DNA of 23,872 nt from an uncultured Tepidisphaeraceae bacterium (GTDB taxonomy: Bacteria; Planctomycetota; Phycisphaerae; Tepidisphaerales; Tepidisphaeraceae), in contig CAYVKG010000023.1 in assembly GCA_964451955.1 (NCBI GenBank), positions 28,455 through 52,326 of the forward strand. The letters are read 5' to 3'. Below, piece after piece: positions 8,712 through 18,032 of the stretch (position 1 is its first letter; each line of letters starts with the position of its first letter). Both the position numbers and the translations under genes were made by a program. The notes under the pieces were generated by a model, which ran no database searches, was not told where the DNA came from, and saw only the letters and a list, made by a program, of their open reading frames with translations.

Positions 8712-10454
8712 ATGCACCGACCGAAACGCTGGATCATCGCTCCGCCATCTGAAAAAGCCAGGGATTTGGCGGACGCCTTGAAGACTTCGCCCCTGATTGC
8801 ACAAGTGCTTATAAACAGGGGAATTACAGGTCCCGACGAATGTCGGCGGTTCATTTCCCCGAGTCTGAAGGAGTTGCACGAACCCGACGCGATCGCGAAT
8901 CTGAACGCGGCGGCTTGCCGCATCGTTCAGGCGATCCGATCGGCTCAGAAGATCGTCATCTATGGCGATTACGACGTGGATGGCATCACGGGCACCGCAA
9001 TTCTGTGGCACGCGATCAAGCTGTTGGGTGGGCAGGTTGAGCATTACATTCCGCATCGTCTGGAAGAAGGTTATGGGCTGAACGCGGACGCGATTTCCGC
9101 CATCTGCGACGCAGGGGCCGGGCTCATTGTGACGGTCGATTGCGGGATTACCGCGGTTGCGGAGGCCGGACTCGCGGCGGAGCGAGGCGTGGATTTGATC
9201 ATAACTGACCACCACGATTGGCACGCGCAGTTGCCCAAGTGTCTGGTGATTGTGCATCCTCGCCTGGGCCTGGACGGTAAGGCCAGCAGCTATCCCAATC
9301 CGTACCTGTGTGGGGCGGGCGTGGCATTCAAACTGGCTTGGGCGATCGGCCAGTTGCATGCGGGGACTCTGCGGGTGAATGATGGCTACCGGCGGTTTCT
9401 GATCGAAGCGACTGCGTTGGCGGCGCTGGGGACGATTGCCGACGTTGTGCCATTGGTCGGGGAGAATCGGGTATTGGCGCATTTCGGACTCAGTGGGCTG
9501 CAACAGAGCGAACTGGTGGGCATCAAGGCGCTGATCGAGTCAGCGGGGCTCTCAGGGCAGAAGCTGGACAGCTATCACGTCGGGTTTCTCTTGGCGCCCC
9601 GATTGAACGCCTCGGGGCGGATGGGGCACGCGCGTGAGGCCGTCGAGTTGTTGACCGACGCTGACGAGCCCAGGGCGAAGAAGGTGGCGGCCGAGCTTGA
9701 ACAGCAGAATCGTGATCGCCAGGCCCTCGAACGACGCATTTTTGGCGAAGCGATGGAGCAGGCCGAACGCATGGGAATGGACAAGGACGATTGCCGGGCC
9801 GTGGTGTTGGCGTCGGCGGGCTGGCACCCCGGGGTCATCGGGATTGTCGCGTCGCGCGTTGTGGGACGGCTCAACCGGCCCACCATCCTGATCGCCCTGT
9901 GTGATGAGGTGGGTCAGGGAAGCGGGCGATCCATTCCGGGGTTTCACCTGGCCAGGGCGCTGGAAGCCTGCCACGATCACCTCATTGGCCACGGAGGGCA
10001 CGAGATGGCGGCGGGGCTGCGGATATCGGCTCGGCAGATTGACGGATTCAGGGGGGCATTCGCCGCTTACGCCCGCGATGTCATTTCCCCCGAGATGCTT
10101 GTGCCCGCTCTGCAGATCGACTGCGTCGCCCAGCTCAGGCAGCTGACGCTTCCGGTCGTGCTGGATCTGCACCGACTGGGGCCTTTTGGCACGGGGAACC
10201 GCAAGCCGGTCCTCTGCTGCGAGCGCCTTGAAGTCGCGGCGTTGCCAAGACGCGTGGGCCGAGCGGGAGAGCACCTGCAGTTCGTTGTTCGCCAGGAGAG
10301 TTTGACCATGAAATGCATCGCCTTCAACCATGGCGAGTTGTTTGACCAGCTCCAGCCCGGTTGTCGGATCGATCTGGCTGCGGAACCCGTGGTCAACGCG
10401 TTCAACGGGCGGCAGAGCGTCGAACTGGAAGTGCGGGACATGCGATGGGTGTGA
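8712..10454 (+). CDS. recJ: Single-stranded-DNA-specific exonuclease RecJ
   Basis: DHH motifs (IYGDYDVDGITGTAIL, DHH at ITDHHD) and the DHHA1 region, followed by a C-terminal OB-fold domain. 580 aa. Confidence 0.9.
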   Translation: MHRPKRWIIAPPSEKARDLADALKTSPLIAQVLINRGITGPDECRRFISPSLKELHEPDAIANLNAAACRIVQAIRSAQKIVIYGDYDVDGITGTAILWHAIKLLGGQVEHYIPHRLEEGYGLNADAISAICDAGAGLIVTVDCGITAVAEAGLAAERGVDLIITDHHDWHAQLPKCLVIVHPRLGLDGKASSYPNPYLCGAGVAFKLAWAIGQLHAGTLRVNDGYRRFLIEATALAALGTIADVVPLVGENRVLAHFGLSGLQQSELVGIKALIESAGLSGQKLDSYHVGFLLAPRLNASGRMGHAREAVELLTDADEPRAKKVAAELEQQNRDRQALERRIFGEAMEQAERMGMDKDDCRAVVLASAGWHPGVIGIVASRVVGRLNRPTILIALCDEVGQGSGRSIPGFHLARALEACHDHLIGHGGHEMAAGLRISARQIDGFRGAFAAYARDVISPEMLVPALQIDCVAQLRQLTLPVVLDLHRLGPFGTGNRKPVLCCERLEVAALPRRVGRAGEHLQFVVRQESLTMKCIAFNHGELFDQLQPGCRIDLAAEPVVNAFNGRQSVELEVRDMRWV

Positions 10455-10557
10455 GGCGGCGGGGTTGGAACGGCATCGGGCGATGCACAATCGCCGAGTG
10501 AATTGTAGAATGCGGCCGGAATTGGCTGCGGGATTTTTCGGAAGAAAGGCCCCAATC

Positions 10558-11508
10558 ATGACGACTCGACAGAATCTGGGCAGCGACTTTTCGCGGCGCG
10601 GTTTTGTGCTAAGTGCTGTGGCGGGCGCGTGCGCCGGGGCGGCGGTTACCTGGTCGCAGCAGGTCTCCGGCGCGATGGCGGCAGAGGCGGCTCCACAGGC
10701 CGACAAGGCGCTGGTCGGATCCAATGTCTACGGGTGGACTCAGTACGCGCAACGTGAAAAGAAGGACTTCGACATCAATGGGGTTATCTCGGCCCTGGCG
10801 GACGCGGGTTATGACTATCTCGAGAGCTTCATGGATGTGGGGAAGCCCGAGAACATCGCCAAGCTGGCCGAGCAGTTTCGAGCCAGGGGCTTGAAGCCGG
10901 TGAGCATCTACACCGGCGCCCGTTTGCACGAAGCGGCAAAGGCCTTTGACAACGTTGCGGGCATCCTCGCTGCCGCCAAGATCTGCAAGCAGGCGGGTTT
11001 CAAGGTCATCAGTTGCAATCCGGATCCCATCGGCCGAGAGAAGACCGACGAGGAACTCAAGACGCAGGTCAGCGCGCTCAATGAATTGGGGCTTGGTTTG
11101 AAGGAGTTGGGGATGCAACTCGGCGTGCATCACCATATGCCCGAGATGGCGAACAAAGCCCGCGAGTTTCACTACAATTTCCGCAACAGCAAGCCGGAGA
11201 TCGTCGGTTTCTGCTACGACGTGCATTGGGTGTGGAAAGGCGGCGTAGCGCCGATGGACGCGCTGAAGGAGTATGGGGATCGGGTGGTGACGTGGCACCT
11301 TCGTCAGAGCCGCCAAGGCATCTGGTGGGAAGACCTCGATAGCGGGGATATCGACTACGAGGCGGTGGCGAAATACGCCAAAGAACACGCGATGCCACGG
11401 CGTTTCACGGTGGAACTGGCGCTGGAGGGGGGCACAAAGGTCACGCGATCGGCGATGGAGAATCATCGCCGCAGTCGGGAGTACGTGAGGCGGGTTTTTG
11501 GGGCGTAG
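10558..11508 (+). CDS. Tat-signal sugar phosphate isomerase/epimerase (xylose-isomerase-like TIM barrel)
   Basis: Start at ATG 10558, with gaaagg upstream. Twin-arginine signal MTTRQNLGSDFSRRGFVLSAVAGACAGAA. The body resembles AP-endonuclease-2/xylose-isomerase-like TIM-barrel proteins (..HHHMPE.., ..WH..). Confidence 0.6.
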   Translation: MTTRQNLGSDFSRRGFVLSAVAGACAGAAVTWSQQVSGAMAAEAAPQADKALVGSNVYGWTQYAQREKKDFDINGVISALADAGYDYLESFMDVGKPENIAKLAEQFRARGLKPVSIYTGARLHEAAKAFDNVAGILAAAKICKQAGFKVISCNPDPIGREKTDEELKTQVSALNELGLGLKELGMQLGVHHHMPEMANKAREFHYNFRNSKPEIVGFCYDVHWVWKGGVAPMDALKEYGDRVVTWHLRQSRQGIWWEDLDSGDIDYEAVAKYAKEHAMPRRFTVELALEGGTKVTRSAMENHRRSREYVRRVFGA

Positions 11509-11944
11509 CATGATCCGCCGACGCCCGGGCAAGTTGATCGGCGTCGAAATCAAACTGCGGACGGTTGAAATACACGGCCCCTTCGAACCAGCCGGGCGCG
11601 GCCTGCCTGCAGCGGAGGACGGTGCAGGCAATGCGCAGGATGCCCCCTGAGGGGCCGGGCAGGCGCACGATTCCCCCATGGCTCAGGGGCAGAGGGTGAT
11701 CAGAGAGGAATCCCATCGCCTGGGGGCTCACGTTGCGCGTATACAGGATCCGGCGGGGCGTTTCGGGCTTGTCGCTGAAGAGTTCGAGTGTCGCACAAAC
11801 CCGGTAGATTGACCGCTTCACCTTCTGTCGCTCGAGCAATGGACGTGGGCCTGCTTCAAGCGCGGAGATGATGAACTGGACATTCTGTGGGAATGCCTGG
11901 TAGAAGCAATCGAGCAGTTCGTTGTCCGTATCGACCAAGACCAT
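11441..11944 (-). CDS. Hypothetical protein, possibly PilZ-like
   Basis: ATG 11944 has GGAGAA 5 nt upstream. Weak PilZ-like signatures (KRSIYR ... NVSPQAMGF). Overlaps the 3' end of the convergent isomerase gene by 68 nt, so the start and even the reality of the gene are uncertain. Confidence 0.35.
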   Translation of the reverse strand: MVLVDTDNELLDCFYQAFPQNVQFIISALEAGPRPLLERQKVKRSIYRVCATLELFSDKPETPRRILYTRNVSPQAMGFLSDHPLPLSHGGIVRLPGPSGGILRIACTVLRCRQAAPGWFEGAVYFNRPQFDFDADQLARASADHATPQKPASRTPDCGDDSPSPIA

Positions 11945-12213
11945 GCTGGTTCTCCGAGCAGGCAAAAAGAGGTCCCTGCCTCGTTTCGTCCCCATCTCAG
12001 ATACGATACAAATGGTTGTGCGGGCAAGTAGTTTCAAGAATTGCTTGGAATCGCGGGTTCGGAGATTGAGGCCGCCGCCGCCGGCACATGGTCATAACTT
12101 TCGTGCGCACGGCGATTTGTGGAGTGACGGTTCACTGCAAATCGCCCTTGCCAAAAGACATTGGCGTCGGTACGATTCTCCCCTTCGGTTTTTTGACAGG
12201 GAGCACGTTTTCC

Positions 12214-12465
12214 ATGAAGTCGAACACTCATCCGCGTTATCAGACCTGCACGGTGCATTGTGCGTGCGGGAACACGTTCGTAACCCGCAGCACGTTGTCC
12301 AAGATCACCGTTGATATTTGCAACGCGTGTCACCCGTTCTTCACCGGCAAGCAGAAGTTCGTTGACACGGCCGGGCGGGTGGAGCGATTCAGCAAGAAAT
12401 TCGGCGGGACCTACAGTTTCCAGAAGACCGCTGCGACGAAGCCGGGCGCAACACCGGCAAAGTGA
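12214..12465 (+). CDS. rpmE: 50S ribosomal protein L31 (Zn-ribbon C+ form)
   Basis: [27 protein letters not shown]...[14 protein letters not shown]. The CxxC...CxxC pair and L31 family signature are present. 83 aa. Confidence 0.9.
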   Translation: MKSNTHPRYQTCTVHCACGNTFVTRSTLSKITVDICNACHPFFTGKQKFVDTAGRVERFSKKFGGTYSFQKTAATKPGATPAK

Positions 12466-12608
12466 TTGACCAGTCTACCGCCGACGGCGTCTGCCGAGGA
12501 TGCAGTCCGCCGGCGCGGGATGATCAAAGACGCCGCTGTGCCAGAGCCCACGCTGATCATGGCGCAACGGCGTTTTGCATGCGCGGTGAAGCATGGCGCG
12601 GCGACGCG

Positions 12609-12636
12609 TGCAAAGGGAGCGAACGGCGTCTAGAAT
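12609..12636 (+). promoter_or_regulatory. Candidate sigma70-like promoter for radA (-35 TGCAAA, 16-nt spacer, -10 TAGAAT) overlapped by the CGGCGTCT motif
   Basis: Sequence cgcgTGCAAAgggagcgaacggcgtcTAGAATcaag lies 70 nt upstream of the radA ATG. The recurring motif CGGCGTCT sits across the spacer/-10 junction. Confidence 0.35.
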
Positions 12637-12705
12637 CAAGTTCCATGAAGTGCGCCGCTTGAGGGGCTTATTGCGGCCGCGTTTGCCGCGCGGGCGGGAG
12701 TGACG

Positions 12706-14133
12706 ATGTCGAAAAGCAAGACGCAGTTCCTGTGCAACCACTGTGGCTCGGTGCATGTGAAATGGATGGGCAAGTGCCCCGATTGCGGGACTTGGGACAG
12801 CCTCGAGGAATACAAAGCCCCGACATTCGATGAACGGGCGGCCCGCACGGGCAAGGGTTCGCGGGCCACGGGTGATCCGCCTCGCCGGTCAGAAGCAGTC
12901 GCGGTCGGGCAGATTGAGGAAGCGGATACGCCGCGGGTCAAATGCGGGATTGCGGAGTTCGATCGAATTCTGGGCGGCGGGGTTGTGCCGGGGTCGGCGG
13001 TTTTGGTGGGGGGTGAACCGGGAATCGGAAAATCAACCTTGTTGTTGCAGGTGGCCGAGGCTCTGGCGCGAGGAGCAGATCCGGCAGTCCGGACCGCGGG
13101 AAAAGATCTCGCGGCGCGGCGGCCGGTGTTGTACGTGACCAGCGAAGAGTCGGCGTCGCAAACGGCGCTGAGGGCGGGACGGCTGGGTGCGAGGTCGGCC
13201 AATCTGCTGGTGCTGGCTGAAACCAATATCGAGCGGATCGTCGACCAGATACACCGATACCACCCGAGCGTCGTGATCATGGATTCCATTCAGATGATCT
13301 ACAAGCCGGATTTGCCCGCCGCGCCGGGATCGGTGACCCAGTTACGAGATTGCTGCATGGACCTGGTGTATCTGGCCAAGTCCTCGCAAGTAAGCGTCTT
13401 CTTTGTCGGGCACGTCACGAAGGCTGGCACGTTGGCGGGTCCCAAGATCATCGAGCACATCGTCGACACAGTCGTCTATTTCGAGGGCGATCGCTATCAC
13501 TCGCATCGCATTGTCCGCTGCGTAAAAAACCGGTTCGGCAGCACTCACGAGGTGGGGCTGTTTGAGATGACGGGCAGCGGACTGGTCGAGGTCAGCGATC
13601 CGGGGAGACTGTTCGTCGAGCAATATGGCCCGAACGGCCCGCCGAGCGGTTCGGTCATTACGGCGGCAATGCAGGGATCGCGCGTGCTGCTGGTGGAAGT
13701 GCAGGCGCTGACCGCTTCCAGCGTCATCGGGGCCGCCAAACGCAAGGTCAGCGGCGCCAGCAGCGACCGCGTGGCCATGATCATCGCGGTTCTCGAGAAG
13801 CGGGCGGAGTTGAGGCTGGCGGCCGACGATGTCTTCGTCAACATCGCCGGAGGGGTGAAGGTCGCCGAGCCGGCCATCGATCTGGCTATCGCGCTGGCGA
13901 TCGTCTCGGCGCATCTCAATCGTCCGATTCCGGCGGGTACCTTGGCGGTGGGGGAACTGGGGCTTGGCGGGGAGATCCGTTCCGTGCCCCAGTTGGAGCA
14001 TCGCTTGAGGGAGGGTGCGAGGTTGGGCTGCGGAGTGGCCATTGCGCCGCGGATGGGCGGGAACCTGCCCAGACTCGGCGGCATGTCCGTCCACGAAGTC
14101 AGGACGCTTGCCGACGCGATGACCAGTCTGTAG
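12706..14133 (+). CDS. radA: DNA repair protein RadA/Sms
   Basis: N-terminal C4 zinc finger (CNHCGSVHVKWMGKCPDCGTW), RecA-like ATPase Walker A (GGEPGIGKST), KNRFG motif, and a C-terminal Lon-protease-like domain. ATG 12706 is preferred over GTG 12700 (GGGAG sits 6 nt upstream). Confidence 0.92.
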   Translation: MSKSKTQFLCNHCGSVHVKWMGKCPDCGTWDSLEEYKAPTFDERAARTGKGSRATGDPPRRSEAVAVGQIEEADTPRVKCGIAEFDRILGGGVVPGSAVLVGGEPGIGKSTLLLQVAEALARGADPAVRTAGKDLAARRPVLYVTSEESASQTALRAGRLGARSANLLVLAETNIERIVDQIHRYHPSVVIMDSIQMIYKPDLPAAPGSVTQLRDCCMDLVYLAKSSQVSVFFVGHVTKAGTLAGPKIIEHIVDTVVYFEGDRYHSHRIVRCVKNRFGSTHEVGLFEMTGSGLVEVSDPGRLFVEQYGPNGPPSGSVITAAMQGSRVLLVEVQALTASSVIGAAKRKVSGASSDRVAMIIAVLEKRAELRLAADDVFVNIAGGVKVAEPAIDLAIALAIVSAHLNRPIPAGTLAVGELGLGGEIRSVPQLEHRLREGARLGCGVAIAPRMGGNLPRLGGMSVHEVRTLADAMTSL

Positions 14134-14139
14134 CGGCGA

Positions 14140-14153
14140 CGCCCGCGCGGGCG
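14140..14153. terminator. GC palindrome cgcccgcgcgggcg between convergent radA and the DUF971 gene; possible bidirectional terminator hairpin
   Basis: A perfect 14-nt palindrome sits 7 nt after the radA stop. There is no U-tract, but that is common in high-GC genomes. Confidence 0.3.
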
Positions 14154-14200
14154 CGGATCGCTCGCCGGCGGTCAACGGGAGACGTATCTGCTCCGGTCCG

Positions 14201-14551
14201 TCAGCGATGGAGGCATTTGGGCGACTTCTTCTGTGGAGAGATTTCCCGGAGAAAATCGAATGAGTAGATGCCCCCCGAGTGACCATCCGACCATTCCAGG
14301 CGAAGGGCATATCCACCGACCAGTTCCGCATCGACAACCACCAGACGCTTGGCATAGTTGCCCGGCAGAACCTGAAGGAGTGGTTTCCTGCCCGTGGTGC
14401 TTTGTTCACGGACGGTCCGGCACTGGGCGCACGGGCACAAGGACCGAAGCAGGGAAATCGGGTAGGTCGATATCAGGCCGTCTTGCCACTCGATCTCGAG
14501 TCGCTCATCTCTTTTCAGATCGAGACGGATTGGATTGGTTTGCAGCGACAT
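14201..14551 (-). CDS. DUF971 family protein (gamma-butyrobetaine hydroxylase-like N-terminal domain)
   Basis: MSLQTNPIRLDLKRDERLEIEWQDGLISTYPISLLRSLCPCAQCR...LRLEWSDGHSGGIYSFDFL is characteristic of DUF971. Start at ATG 14551. Confidence 0.7.
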   Translation of the reverse strand: MSLQTNPIRLDLKRDERLEIEWQDGLISTYPISLLRSLCPCAQCRTVREQSTTGRKPLLQVLPGNYAKRLVVVDAELVGGYALRLEWSDGHSGGIYSFDFLREISPQKKSPKCLHR

Positions 14552-14569
14552 CGTTTGACAGCCCGACGC

Positions 14570-14597
14570 ATTATAGGGAGCCGGGACGGGCGGGCAA
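14570..14597 (-). promoter_or_regulatory. Candidate promoter for the DUF971 gene (-35 TTGCCC, 16-nt spacer, -10 TATAAT)
   Basis: Minus-strand reading is gcTTGCCCgcccgtcccggctcccTATAATgcgtcgggctgtcaaacgATG. Confidence 0.3.
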
Positions 14598-14716
14598 AGC
14601 CCACAGTCGCCGGGCGGCGGTGGAATCTGTCGCTCGTCTTGGCCGGGAATGGTGCGGGTGCGTCGGGACCCGGCGAGAATCGACAGGGATTCCAAGACAG
14701 TCGCTGCTCAATCCCG

Positions 14717-16204
14717 TCACGCCAGTCTCTGTTTGAGTCGTTCCTGAACGACCTTTGGATTCAGACCTTTGGCCTGTTTCATCACCATCCCGACGAGTGC
14801 GCCGAACGCGGCCTGTTTGCCCGCCTTGTAGTCCTGTAAGGGTTTGGGATTCTGGGCAATGAGCGACTCGATGGCGGCGTCAATGGCGGAAGTGTCGGAG
14901 GACTGGAGAAGCCCCAATTCCGTGGCGATCTGCTCCACGGGAGCATCCTGTTCCATTAGTCGTTCAAGAATCTTGCCGGCAGGTTCGGCCGGTGCGATCT
15001 TGTTTTCGTCAATAAGCATCGCCAGTTCGGCAATTCGGCTGGGTTTCAGGTTCAATTGTGCCAGCGGTTTCCCCAATTCGTTGGCCAATCGACGACCATG
15101 CGACAAGAGAAGCGTCGCCACTCGCTTGGCGCCGGCTCCCGCCGCGACCGACTGGTCGAACAGATCGCCGGTCCGGCGATCCGCGGCGAGTGTGGCGGCG
15201 TCGGACGCCGAGAGGCCGGCAGAGTCGATGTATCGCTTTCGCCTGGCGGCGGGGAGTTCACCGATCTGGCTCTTCAACTCGCAAAGCCAGGCATCATCAA
15301 CAACCACCGGCAGCAGATCCGGGTCCGGAAAGTACCGGTAGTCGTTTGCCTCTTCCTTGTCGCGTTGATGAACGGTGATTTCCTTCGCATCATCCCATCC
15401 GTAGGTTGACTTCCGGCCCAGCGAGCCGGTGGTCTCCCACTCGTGCAGTTGTCGCTGGATCTCATACGCGGTGGCTTTTTCAAGGACGGAGAAGCTGTTG
15501 AGATTCTTGATTTCGGTGATTGCCGTCTTGTGAACCTCGCCGCGCTGATCCGTGATGTGAAGGTTGATGTTGGGCTCGAACCGCATGTGTCCCATTTGCA
15601 TCTGGCCTTCTGACACACCGAGATACTGGACGATCTTCTGGAGTTCCTGGGCAAAGATGGCGACCTGTTTCGGCGTGGTCAGGTCCGGCTCCGTGACGAT
15701 TTCCAGCAGGGGGGTCCCGGCGCGGTTCAGATCAACGATCGTGTAGTCGATGGGGTAACCCCCCGGCGCTTCGTGAAGCAACTTCCCGGCGTCTTCTTCC
15801 AGATGAGCACGCCGAATGCGGATCGTCTTGACCGAACCGTCGTCATTCGGAATATCGAAGAAGCCGTTCGAGCAGAGCGGCAGATCATATTGCGAGATCT
15901 GGTAGTTCTTTGGCAGGTCGGGGTAGTAGTAGGACTTGCGGTCCCACTTCGTGAACCGGGCAATCGTGCAGCCCAGTGCCAGACCCACCTTAATCGAGTA
16001 TTCGACCGCCTGCTTGTTGATGACCGGCAGCACCCCGGGCAGGCCCAGCACCTGCGCGTCCACCAGGGTGTTGGGCGGCTGACCGAACGCGTTGGCGGCG
16101 GCGGTGAACATCTTGGACTGCGTGGCAAGCTGGACATGGATTTCCAGGCCAACGAGGACCTTGTAGGACTTGCAGATGCGCTCGGACACCAGACTGCTCC
16201 TCAT
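14717..16204 (-). CDS. gatB: Aspartyl/glutamyl-tRNA(Asn/Gln) amidotransferase subunit B
   Basis: VGLEIHVQL, KSYYYPDLPKNYQISQY, and the GatB/YqeY C-terminal domain (..ALVGMVMKQAKGLNPK..). Start at ATG 16204 (MRSSLVSERICKSYKVLVGLEIH). The upstream extension of the ORF is Arg/Pro-rich and non-homologous. Confidence 0.9.
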   Translation of the reverse strand: MRSSLVSERICKSYKVLVGLEIHVQLATQSKMFTAAANAFGQPPNTLVDAQVLGLPGVLPVINKQAVEYSIKVGLALGCTIARFTKWDRKSYYYPDLPKNYQISQYDLPLCSNGFFDIPNDDGSVKTIRIRRAHLEEDAGKLLHEAPGGYPIDYTIVDLNRAGTPLLEIVTEPDLTTPKQVAIFAQELQKIVQYLGVSEGQMQMGHMRFEPNINLHITDQRGEVHKTAITEIKNLNSFSVLEKATAYEIQRQLHEWETTGSLGRKSTYGWDDAKEITVHQRDKEEANDYRYFPDPDLLPVVVDDAWLCELKSQIGELPAARRKRYIDSAGLSASDAATLAADRRTGDLFDQSVAAGAGAKRVATLLLSHGRRLANELGKPLAQLNLKPSRIAELAMLIDENKIAPAEPAGKILERLMEQDAPVEQIATELGLLQSSDTSAIDAAIESLIAQNPKPLQDYKAGKQAAFGALVGMVMKQAKGLNPKVVQERLKQRLA

Positions 16205-16661
16205 GGGTTGGTCGCGTGAGTATAGCGGAAGGTCCGTTGAGTCAGAAGTCGGCGTTTGAACGCGGACTGAAAGGCGGATGAAGAGAGGTTGGCGCAGGTG
16301 AAATTGGCCTGGCATGCCCGGGATTTCCGACCCGCCACGGCGACCGACCCTGGCTGGCGGAGATGGAACAACCGCGTAATACCGGCCTCTTTTGGTTTTT
16401 TTTCTTGGGCAGGCGGTTCTGATCCTGCGGGAGAGAGACCCGACACGGCTCGCATTGCATAACCTCATCAAAAGCAAACTTTTAGGCATGCCGGGATCGA
16501 TGGTCGCTCCGATCCGGATCCAAGCAACTTTGGGTGATTTTGGGATTCTTGTGCGGTTTTTCACTCAAAAGCATGGGTTGTTCTGACCGACAATGAAAAC
16601 GGTCGAATGATGTCCCGTGGTCGGGGCACTTCTCGCGTCATTGTGTTGCAGTACATGCTTT

Positions 16662-16679
16662 CGGGCGCCTGTATGCGCC
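16662..16679 (+). promoter_or_regulatory. Perfect 6-bp stem / 6-nt loop hairpin (gggcgc ctgtat gcgccc) in the leader of the GntR-type regulator gene
   Basis: Inverted repeat lies 12 nt upstream of the strong SD GGGAGGA (16691-16697). Could be an operator or leader structure. Confidence 0.25.
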
Positions 16680-16699
16680 CCAAGGCATTCGGGAGGATC

Positions 16700-17746
16700 A
16701 TGGAAACGGTGTCAAGTCATATACGTGCACAACAGCCGAGTGCTGCTCGCAGCGCGCGGCTCAGCTACAAATTCCAGCGATTGCGAGAACGCATTCGCCA
16801 GTCTATTGTGGCGGGGGAGTTATCGGGCAAGCTCCCGGGGGAACGAGAACTGGCCAGACGATTCAAGGCCAACCCCAAAACCATGGGCAAAGCGCTGACG
16901 GACCTCGCCGCCGAGGGATTGCTCGATCGCAGCATTGGCCGAGGAACCTATGTTCGGGGCAGTGCTGCCGAGGAAAAGCCTTCAGCGGGCCGATGGCTCA
17001 TTCTATGCGATCAGGCCGACAAAGACTGCCCTGTCATCCAGCATCTGCTTGGTTCACACGCAGAAGTCGAAATCGCCTCCGTCGACTCGGCCTTGAGGCC
17101 GAGCTTCATCAACCAGTTCAGCCTGGTGATCGACTTCGCCAAGAGCACGCCGGAATCGCTTCATCGTGACCTGCTGATCCGAGGGATTCCGGTGCTGGTC
17201 GTCGAGAAAGAGAGCACGGGTTGTCGGACAAATTCGATCTTGCTCGACCGCGCACACGCTGTCGCCGTCCTGACGCGCCAGATGGTCCTCGCCGGGCACC
17301 GGCGGATTCTCGTCGTCGAGCAGATGATGGATGGCAAGTCGCTCCAGGTCGCCAAAACGACCGCTTTGCGCTACTCGCCAACGGTACAGGTGGAAGGCTG
17401 CACGATTGAGCAGATTACGTCCGTTGTGAACGGGGAGGCGGCAGCGATCCTCTGCGAGTGGCGCGTCAATGTCGCACGCATCCGTGACCTGATCTTGCGA
17501 CATCCGCAGCTGTCCCAACTGAGTGTCGCCGCCATCGGCGTGTGTGTGGACGAGCCGGCTTACACCGGCGTCTACATCACCCCCTCGGAACTGGCTGCTG
17601 CCGCTGTCCGAATGCTCGATGATGTCCCAACCTATCGGCCTACGACGCTCTGGCTCACCGGGCGCTACATTGACCGGGGAACCATCCGCCCCGTTCCCGA
17701 ACGACAATTCGCCGGCGATTCGCCCCCAAGCATGCTCTCCGCCTGA
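16700..17746 (+). CDS. GntR-family HTH transcriptional regulator with C-terminal sugar/periplasmic-binding-protein-like domain
   Basis: Start at ATG 16700 after GGGAGGA. N-terminal winged-HTH of GntR type (YKFQRLRERIRQSIVAGELSGKLPGERELARRFKANPKTMGKALTDLAAEGLLDRSIGRGTYV). The remainder is an alpha/beta LacI/PBP-like effector domain. Confidence 0.75.
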   Translation: METVSSHIRAQQPSAARSARLSYKFQRLRERIRQSIVAGELSGKLPGERELARRFKANPKTMGKALTDLAAEGLLDRSIGRGTYVRGSAAEEKPSAGRWLILCDQADKDCPVIQHLLGSHAEVEIASVDSALRPSFINQFSLVIDFAKSTPESLHRDLLIRGIPVLVVEKESTGCRTNSILLDRAHAVAVLTRQMVLAGHRRILVVEQMMDGKSLQVAKTTALRYSPTVQVEGCTIEQITSVVNGEAAAILCEWRVNVARIRDLILRHPQLSQLSVAAIGVCVDEPAYTGVYITPSELAAAAVRMLDDVPTYRPTTLWLTGRYIDRGTIRPVPERQFAGDSPPSMLSA

Positions 17747-18032
17747 CACCCACGACACCAACGCTGAATGACTACCCCCTGCTGAACAGACGGCCAGACT
17801 TGGTCCGAGCCGTCCACACCGCTCCCGGCAAGTCTCGCTCTCTTGGCCTGGGGCTTGCTTGCCAAGCCATAAGCAGCCCCGCCTCCAAAGAGTGATCGAC
17901 CCTGTCCTCATCGTATGAGTCTGCTTCTCCCGGAAGGAGACACACTGGACCAACCATGAACTCGACAATCCGACCACGACGCGCCCAATCGCATGCCGTG
18001 ACAGTGCCGGTCCGGGCGGTATACTGGAGTCG

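Noticed and set aside
16385-16400. T-run as intrinsic terminator of an sRNA
   Set aside because: There is no GC-rich hairpin immediately 5' of the T-run, only the palindromic hexamer ccggcc. I kept it only as part of the structured-region finding.
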